Origin: Longimicrobiales bacterium | GTDB taxonomy: Bacteria; Gemmatimonadota; Gemmatimonadetes; Longimicrobiales; Gaopeijiaceae | DNA: 64,000 bases | Reading direction: 5' to 3' | NCBI GenBank assembly: GCA_965219445.1 | Contig: CBDCNQ010000004.1 | Coordinates: forward strand, 1,056,001 to 1,120,000 | Shown: piece by piece, positions 57,404-64,000 of the stretch | How positions within the stretch are numbered: position 1 is the stretch's first letter | How the letters are laid out: each line of letters opens with the position of its first letter | Program-made: the position numbers and the translations under genes | The notes under the pieces: generated by a model | What the model was told of the DNA's origin: nothing | The model's input: the letters and a program-made list of their open reading frames with translations, nothing else | Databases searched by the model: none

Positions 57404-58540
57404 ATGAGCTTTGCCTCGCAATCAGTTCGATTGTGCCCCGACGAAGAGTGGACAGACGTAGCCTCGTACTTTGGACCGGTCTTCTCGAAGTGGTGCAACG
57501 GAAGACAGTCAGGAGGCTATTTGTTCGCGGTGGAAAATTTTGGTGGGCTGCGCCAGGCTCGTGCGACAGCCCTTTGCGGAGTGTTCCTGTGCGGATTCTC
57601 GTGCGGATCCTTGATAGCGCTATTGGTCGGTTGGGGGCACGGCTACAGGTGGGTCCCGGGAATGCAATCCTATCGGAGCGCCAATAACCTCGATCCCGCC
57701 GCACTTGCGGAGATGGAGTGGGAGATACGGCGCGCGAGGCTCCCCATGGAGGTGAATAAGGCTGTAGAGTCCTGGATGCTTCACCTCACAACCGACCGCA
57801 AATCAACCTTCAAGTACGCTCTCTCCCGGGCCGGCCTATACTCGAACATGATCCGGACCAAGCTCCGCGAGCGCGGAATGCCGGAAGACCTGTTGTATCT
57901 CGCCCTGATCGAGTCCGACTTCTACACCGATGCGCGGTCGCGTGTATTGGCAACCGGCATGTGGCAGTTCATGGAACCGACGGCGAGGCGATACGGACTG
58001 CGAATCGACGCTTTCGTGGACGAGCGGTACGATCCGGTGAGGTCGACGGATGCTGCTGTCGACCACCTGAGTGACCTCTACCAAGAATATGGCTCCTGGT
58101 ATCTTGCTGCCGCGGCTTATAATGCCGGCTCAATACGCGTGTCTGATGCCCTTCAGCGGTACACGGACGGACACGTTGGAGATGACGGTCTCTACTGGGC
58201 GATCGTGGATCACCTACCGTCGGAGACGGCGAACTATGTGCCGAAGCTGCTCGCTGCCACGCACCTCGCACGATCAGCGGCGGCCTACGACCTCGACGTG
58301 ACGCTCCTGGATGCCTACGAATACGACTTCGTCTGGTCTCCGGGGGGTGTGGATCTCGGTGAGGTGGCGCACTCCCTCGGCGTTGCGGCCGAGCAGATGT
58401 ACGACTTGAACCCTCAGCTCATCCGCCAGGCGACGCCGCCGGATGAGATCTATCCGTTGAGGGTTCCCGTAGGGATGGCCAGTCAGGTCGTGGCCGCACT
58501 CGCCTGGCCGAATCACGGGACCCGCCTGGCGGACGACTGA
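57404..58540 (+). CDS. MltD-like lytic transglycosylase (SLT plus LysM-like); start uncertain
   Basis: GMPEDLLYLALIES, ATGMWQFM, DERYDP, LAAAAYNAG, ETANYVPKLLA, LNPQL. Confidence 0.9.
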   Translation: MSFASQSVRLCPDEEWTDVASYFGPVFSKWCNGRQSGGYLFAVENFGGLRQARATALCGVFLCGFSCGSLIALLVGWGHGYRWVPGMQSYRSANNLDPAALAEMEWEIRRARLPMEVNKAVESWMLHLTTDRKSTFKYALSRAGLYSNMIRTKLRERGMPEDLLYLALIESDFYTDARSRVLATGMWQFMEPTARRYGLRIDAFVDERYDPVRSTDAAVDHLSDLYQEYGSWYLAAAAYNAGSIRVSDALQRYTDGHVGDDGLYWAIVDHLPSETANYVPKLLAATHLARSAAAYDLDVTLLDAYEYDFVWSPGGVDLGEVAHSLGVAAEQMYDLNPQLIRQATPPDEIYPLRVPVGMASQVVAALAWPNHGTRLADD

Positions 58541-58591
58541 TCGGCGAAGAACTGTAAGTCGGCCACTTTCATACTCGCGTGAAGCCTCATG

Positions 58592-58694
58592 TTGACCGCT
58601 TCGGTCCTGCCCCTCACGTTATCTTCACCGGTCAGAGGGCTATTTGATAGGAGTGCCCGTCAGTGTCGTGGATCACGCCTGAATGGAGGTCGAG
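58592..58694 (+). promoter_or_regulatory. Conserved leader/promoter of paralogue 3
   Basis: TTGACCGCTTCGGTCCTGCCCCTCACGTTATC...TCAGAGGGCTATTTGATAGGAGTGCCCGTCAGTGTCGTGGATCACGC...GGAGG. Confidence 0.6.
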
Positions 58695-59807
58695 ATGAGC
58701 AATCGTGTGGCGGTGGTTGGTCGAGGCCATGAAGTGATGTCGCCTTACTCCGCTCTACTTCTAGCCGTTCTCTGTCTGACCACAGCGCCCGGCGTCGTCT
58801 CGACCGCGGCAGCGCAGAACAGACCCTCCGACGCCGGAGAGTGGGAAGTTCCCAGGACACCCCACGGCCATCCGGATCTTCAGGGGAACTGGACGAACGT
58901 GACGCTCACTCCGTTCGAGCGGGAAGAGGGTAGGGGTCCGGTGTTCACCAGGGAGGAGGTCGAGGAGATCGAGCGGCCATCAGGGGAGTGCCCCGCTAAC
59001 CCAGGGACGGTCGAGTGCGGAAGGGAAGACAACCAAGGGGATGCGTCTCTGAGTAATGAGCGTCGACTGAGTGGCGCGGAGTACAGCGAGGTCTATTGGG
59101 ATCGGGGCTCGCGGGTAGCGATCGTCGATGGCGAATACGTAACCTCCCTGGTCACCCATCCGGCGAATGGGCGCCGTCCGGCCCTCACGCCGGAGGCCGA
59201 GCGGCGGGTCCAGGAATACGAGGACTTCAGGGACCAATTCGGCCCATACGACCATCCGGAGCTGAGACCGCTCGCCGAGCGCTGTATCGTGTCGTTCGGT
59301 TCCAGCGCCGGACCCCCGATGATCCCCAACACGGCCTACAACAACAACTACACCATCGTACAGACCGCCGATTACGTGATGATCAAGGCGGAGATGGTTC
59401 ACGACGTGCGGATCATCCGACTCGGTGAGCCCGACCGGTTGCCGGCAGACGTACATCCCTGGTTCGGCGACTCCTGGGGCCACTGGGATGGAGACGTACT
59501 CGTGGTCGAGACCACGAACATAAACCCGACCCACAGATTCCGGGGAATCGCTCCCACGGCGGACCTGAAAGTGACCGAACGCTTCACGCGGGTCGATGAA
59601 GAGACGTTCCTCTACGAGTTCACCATCGACGACCCGACGACGTACACCCAACCCTGGGGAGGAGTGATCCCGTACAAGAGGCTCAACGACAAGCTCTACG
59701 AGTACGCTTGCCACGAGGGCAACTACTCTTTGTCGAGCGTACTGAGCGGAGCGCGCTATGAGGAGAGGATGGAAGCCCAGGGGTCGGGTGGGTCCAGGCC
59801 GAAGTGA
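58695..59807 (+). CDS. Uncharacterised secreted protein, YACHEGN family, paralogue 3
   Basis: WEVPRTPHGHPDLQGNW, YEYACHEGN; near-identical blocks to the two copies at 9-11 kb. Confidence 0.85.
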   Translation: MSNRVAVVGRGHEVMSPYSALLLAVLCLTTAPGVVSTAAAQNRPSDAGEWEVPRTPHGHPDLQGNWTNVTLTPFEREEGRGPVFTREEVEEIERPSGECPANPGTVECGREDNQGDASLSNERRLSGAEYSEVYWDRGSRVAIVDGEYVTSLVTHPANGRRPALTPEAERRVQEYEDFRDQFGPYDHPELRPLAERCIVSFGSSAGPPMIPNTAYNNNYTIVQTADYVMIKAEMVHDVRIIRLGEPDRLPADVHPWFGDSWGHWDGDVLVVETTNINPTHRFRGIAPTADLKVTERFTRVDEETFLYEFTIDDPTTYTQPWGGVIPYKRLNDKLYEYACHEGNYSLSSVLSGARYEERMEAQGSGGSRPK

Positions 59808-59888
59808 GCCCTCGCATATATGGCGTTCAGACCGTTTAGGATAGCTTCTCAACGACAGTCTCACCGCAGAAACCAGAAGGAGAAAATC

Positions 59889-60542
59889 ATGAAGCGCGGA
59901 TCCATCTTCGTGGGGCTTGTGCTCCTCGCAACGGCGGGTTGCGGACCCGCAGAGGAAGAGCCCGCAGCTCAAGAGCCGGCCTCGCAGCCCGCCCCCACCC
60001 GAGTGGCATCCCAGCCTCAATGGACGGTGCTCTTCGACGGGTGGAGCGCCTATCGAGAGGAGATCCTGAATGGCTGGAACATTGTCGGTGAGGCTAACTG
60101 GACCCTGGACGCGAACGACGGATCCGTGATGGCCGATATGGGAGGGGGGTTCCTGGTGACGGAGTCCCCCTACGCCGATTTCGAACTGACGCTCGAGTTC
60201 TGGGTGGATGAGCCGGCTAACTCCGGCGTCTTCATCCGATGCCAGGATCCGACGTCGATTACCGCAGCGAACTGCTACGAGGTGAACATCTTCGATACCC
60301 GTGCGGACCAGACCTACCGCACGGGCGCGATCGTCGGCGTGTCACCTCCCTCGGAAATCATCAACGCCGGCGGACAGTGGAACACATTCGTGATACAAGC
60401 GGATGGACCGCGTCTTACGGTTACGCTCAACGACATCGAGACCGTCGACGCCGAGGATTCGAATCTTTCGACGGGTGTGATCGCCCTGCAGTATGGAGGC
60501 GGCGTGGTCAAGTTCCGGAACGTTCGGATTCGATCACTCTAG
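59889..60542 (+). CDS. DUF1080 (3-keto-disaccharide hydrolase-like) lipoprotein
   Basis: Lipobox-like TAGC; WTVLFDG, YADFELTLEF, NSGVFIR, YEVNIFD, GQWN, IALQ, FRNVRIR. Confidence 0.88.
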   Translation: MKRGSIFVGLVLLATAGCGPAEEEPAAQEPASQPAPTRVASQPQWTVLFDGWSAYREEILNGWNIVGEANWTLDANDGSVMADMGGGFLVTESPYADFELTLEFWVDEPANSGVFIRCQDPTSITAANCYEVNIFDTRADQTYRTGAIVGVSPPSEIINAGGQWNTFVIQADGPRLTVTLNDIETVDAEDSNLSTGVIALQYGGGVVKFRNVRIRSL

Positions 60543-60927
60543 GGGTGCGATAAGCAGACTGCAGACCATAGTACAAAACATGGTACAAAAGTTGAGGCCG
60601 TGACCGAGAGGGCCTAGTGAGGGGCGGCCCTTCCCGGCAAGACCAGTGCGCTGATGGCCGCAAGAACCAGGGCCGCGGAATAGACGACGGCAGCAGCACC
60701 GTGCGCGTCGACACCCACCTGTTCCCCGCCGAGTAGATATCCGAGCGCGGAGATGCCGATTACTCCTCCGATGTACCTCGCCGTCGAGACGGCTCCGCCC
60801 CCCATTCCGGCGTGGTCACGAGCCACGGCACTCATCGCCGCGGCCTGAGACGGAGCCGAGGTCAGTCCTAGGCCGGCACCGATCAGGACGAGTCCAAGCA
60901 GGGCATCGGCGGGCGTCTGTAAGGCCT

Positions 60928-62030
60928 CTTGGATTCATATAGTAAGTGCAACAAACCACCCGACCGAACTGCACAAAGAAGTTGAGGCGAGCTGGGACGC
61001 CCTAGACCTTCCTTCTCGACGAAAAGGAGGAAGTTCATGAACAGGTATCGCCAGCTCACCTCTGGTGAGCGATATGCGCTCTCTGCGCTCAGAAAACAAG
61101 GATGCAACCAAGCTGCGATCGCTCGAGCACTGGGCCGACATCGAAGTACGATCAGCCGTGAGGTGCGCCGCAACTCGAAGGATCGTCAGGGCCGGGCCTA
61201 TCGACCGGACCTGGCCGATGACTACGCCCGGTGGAGACGAGGCAGATCGCGCCGTCAATGAGCGCTTCGGTGCATCGGACTGGCGAATGGTGGAGGCGTG
61301 CCTCAGGCAACAGTGGAGCCCTGAGCAAGCCGCAGGCTGGTTACGGCGCAAGGCTCGGCTCTCGATCAGCCACGAGACCATCTACCGCCACATCTGGCGC
61401 GACCGAAAGCGCGGTGGCCGCCTGTATCTGCATCTGCGCTGTTCGCCCAAGCAACGCCGAAAACGGTACGGATCCTATGATTCCCGAGGTCGGTTGGCCG
61501 GCAAACGGCCGATATCTGAGCGCCCAGCTGGCGCACAGAACCGAAGCCGAGTCGGCCACCTCGAAGCCGATACCGTGATCGGTACCAGCTCCGACAAGCA
61601 CTGCGTCCTCACCTTCGTCGATCGTAAGACGGGCTACGTGATGATCGGCAAGCTCGAGGCTCGTACCGTCGAGGCTACGAACCGTCGAGCCGTTCGTCTG
61701 ATCAAGACTGCCGCTCGCCCCACTCACACCATCACGGCCGACAACGGAACTGAGTTCCACGGCTATGGGGCGATCGAAGCAGAAACCGGATCGAAATTCT
61801 ACTTCGCCGCGCCCTACCACTCTTGGGAAAGGGGGACCAGCGAGAACACGAACGGTCTGATTCGTCAGTACCTACCGAAGCGTACCAGCATGGCTCACAT
61901 CACCCAGCATGCTTGCAACCGCATCGCTCACAAACTCAACAACCGACCCAGGAAGCGTTTAGGCTATCGCACCCCCGAGGAATGCTATGTACAGATCTAG
62001 CTCGTGTTGCACTTCAAAGTTGATCCGAAG
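60928..62030 (+). mobile_element. IS30 family insertion sequence
   Basis: 26-bp imperfect TIRs CTT...AAGTGCAACA; 3-bp target duplication CCT at 60925-60927 and 62031-62033. Confidence 0.92.
61037..62000 (+). pseudogene. IS30 transposase, frameshifted near 61255
   Basis: HTH IARALGRHRSTISREVRRN in one frame; WSPEQ, ISHETIY, EADTV, DNGTEF, ERGTSENTNGLIRQY in another. Confidence 0.88.
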
Positions 62031-63194
62031 CCTCGAAATCGGACAAGAGGTAAAGCCCGCCCAGTGAGGTCAGAGTGCCCACGAACGCGGTCGTACGGAT
62101 GCCGACCGACTCCGATACCCGGCCCCCCAAGGGGGAGAAGACCACCATCGAGATCATCATTCCGATGATGGTTCGCCCAGTAATCCCGGCCTCCACGTTG
62201 CGCACCTGCTCGAAGAAGATCGGGAGCTGGAAGAGGAGCGCGTACATGGCCAAGTTCTGCAGCCCAATGACGGCGCTCGAGGCGGCGAATGTGGGCCGCA
62301 GGAACAGCCTGAGCTCGAGGACGGGCTCCTCCACACGGCGCTCCCACCAAACAAACACGGCCAACAACCCTGCGGCGGCCAGCGCCGACCCCAGGGCGGT
62401 CGAACCCGAGGTCTGAGCCGCCACCACGAGCAACGTCAGGCCGGATCCCAGCAATACGCTGCCAAGGATATCGAAGCGAGGCGACGGGCGGTCCCCTCCA
62501 TCCCGCGAAGACTTATCCGAGTCCGCTCCGCGTCGAAGCGCCTCGGTACCCCGCCGAATGAGGTAGTACGCGAGCAGAATGACGGGAATGTTGGCGATGA
62601 ACACGGACCGCCACCCGAAGAGGGCGGTCAGCTCCCCCCCGACGAGTGGGCCGACTCCGGCCGCGGTTCCCATCACGGAACCGAAATATCCAAACGTGCG
62701 CGCCCGCCTCTCGGGGGGCACGAGATTTCGCAGCAATGCCATCGTCGCCGGTACCGACATGGCTCCGCCGGCGGCCATCGCGATCCGAGCAAGCGCTAGG
62801 CTGGGCAGGGTCGCCAGCGTAAACCCGGCGATCGAGCCGACCCCGTAGATTGCCATGCCGATCACGAGAGCGCGTCTGTGACCGATGCGGTCCCCGAGCT
62901 TACCACCTGGGCTCATGGTGGCGATCCCGACGATGAGGTAGCTGGAGACAAGCCACTGCGTCAGCGCCCCGCTTCCGATCCCGAGCTCGAATCCGATCGA
63001 CGGCAGTGCCACCGCGATCATCGTGGACCCCAGCGGAGATAGGGAAGCGGCGAGGAACATTCCCACGTAGAACGACGGGGACGGCCGCCGGGTGGGAGCG
63101 TGAGGCACGGAGGCCGTTTCCTGAGTCATTTCGGCAGGTTCACGCGGGTCGAAGTACGCGTCTCGATGGGCTCAAAGGGGAAGTGTCGAGGATC

Positions 63195-63280
63195 TCAGCG
63201 GGTGATCCCCCGGCATTGAAGAAGGTAGAGCCGTCCGTCCGCAAACGCCCATTCGATGTCCAGCGGGCGCGGATCGGGCG
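63195..63280 (-). pseudogene. Relic of a PEP synthase/PPDK nucleotide-binding domain C-terminus
   Basis: Minus-strand PLDIEWAFADGRLYLLQCRGITR-stop; an in-frame stop lies shortly upstream. Confidence 0.65.
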
Positions 63281-63439
63281 GAATCGTATCGGAAGCGGGA
63301 AGGAGCGTCAATCAAACAGCTCAGGCCCCCACGAGGTTGCGTTTGCGGCTTTCGAACCTTCCTTTTAAATCGGTTCGAGGCTTGGTGCGGCGTTCGACGG
63401 GGAAGCTAAGCCTGATCAACCCATGAGCGGGAGGGCCAG

Positions 63440-63910
63440 ATGAACACGAAGCAGGTCGTGACGGGAATGGTCGTTGGCGGGATTACGATGTTCGTAGTCG
63501 GCTATCTGATCTTTGCGCTAGCCATGGGCGGCTTCTACGATGCGAACGAGGGCTCGGCCACCGGCCTGGCACGTGCATCGACTCTCTGGTGGGCGATCGC
63601 CCTAGGCACCCTTTCGCTAGCCACGCTGGTCACGCTCGCCGTCGGTTGGTCGGGCGCCAAATCCGCCGGCCAAGGCTTCAGGATCGGTGCGATAGTGGGC
63701 TTTCTCGTCTGGTTCGGCGTGGATTTCATCCTTTACGGGAACCTCAATATCTCGACGATCAATATCCCACTGGTCGATCCGCTGCTGGAGATCGTCCGCA
63801 CGGGAATCGGCGGGGCGGTTATCGCCGCCGTGCTGGGCAGAGGTGCTACCGGCGCAGTCCCCATGGGTGGTGAGGAGCACGGAGGGGAATCCCCACATAC
63901 GGTCCCGTAA
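63440..63910 (+). CDS. Hypothetical four-TM membrane protein
   Basis: Four hydrophobic segments; GGGAGGG RBS. Confidence 0.8.
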   Translation: MNTKQVVTGMVVGGITMFVVGYLIFALAMGGFYDANEGSATGLARASTLWWAIALGTLSLATLVTLAVGWSGAKSAGQGFRIGAIVGFLVWFGVDFILYGNLNISTINIPLVDPLLEIVRTGIGGAVIAAVLGRGATGAVPMGGEEHGGESPHTVP

Positions 63911-63927
63911 TAGTCACCACAGTGCTT

Positions 63928-64000
63928 CTATCGCACGACCTCCCGGACCACACCGTCCCACTTGTTCAGCAGGAAGACCCGCCCACCCGGTCCCCGCCCA
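63928..64000 (-). CDS. Partial C-terminus, possibly glucose/sorbosone dehydrogenase-like propeller
   Basis: GRGPGGRVFLLNKWDGVVREVVR-stop, running in from the right edge. Confidence 0.45.
   Translation of the reverse strand, partial: GRGPGGRVFLLNKWDGVVREVVR

Larger units (their letters stand above)
60614..63129 (-). pseudogene. DHA2-type MFS transporter interrupted by IS30
   Basis: The 5' part (GGKLGDRIGHRR, WRSVFIANIP) ends at SDFEA; the reading frame resumes beyond the IS as (EA)LQTPADALLGLVLIGAG to the stop at 60614. Confidence 0.88.

Noticed and set aside
60924..60928. 5-bp target duplication GCCTC for the IS
   Set aside because: A 3-bp CCT duplication with both ends starting CTT fits IS30 norms better

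Overview
GC-rich bacterial chromosomal window. The gene repertoire (many Sec/Tat-exported enzymes, DUF5916, NHL and Vgb propellers, DUF1080, PQQ enzymes) suggests Gemmatimonadota or Acidobacteriota, by inference only. No rRNA, tRNA or CRISPR array was seen. From left to right: (1) an exported amine/amino-acid processing set: copper amine oxidase, two PLP enzymes with twin-arginine leaders, a PQQ dehydrogenase, and two tandem paralogues of an uncharacterised secreted YACHEGN protein, with a third copy at 58.7 kb and a conserved upstream leader on all three; (2) mixed genes and relics (MFS/spermidine synthase fusion, panE with an in-frame stop, DUF5916, bactofilin, NHL protein); (3) a Tat-leader LeuC-like aconitase-family subunit with three divergent LeuD-like subunits, a LeuD relic, duplicated promoters and an interleaved 8-haem cytochrome c; (4) a MoxR/DUF58/VWA (Bat-like) operon with a roughly 300-bp inverted-repeat element inserted; (5) a 20-kb block (34.8-54.7 kb) joining a glycosyltransferase/ABC/deacetylase operon to a GTP cyclohydrolase II, creatininase, RibD, PTPS, methyltransferase and CDP-alcohol phosphatidyltransferase cluster of unknown product; (6) a Vgb-like haem protein, Smr, lytic transglycosylase, DUF1080 and an MFS gene split by a frameshifted IS30. 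The best candidates for undescribed systems are the LeuC/LeuD-cytochrome locus and the GTP-derived lipid/glycan cluster. All family calls come from recognised motifs, not database searches.
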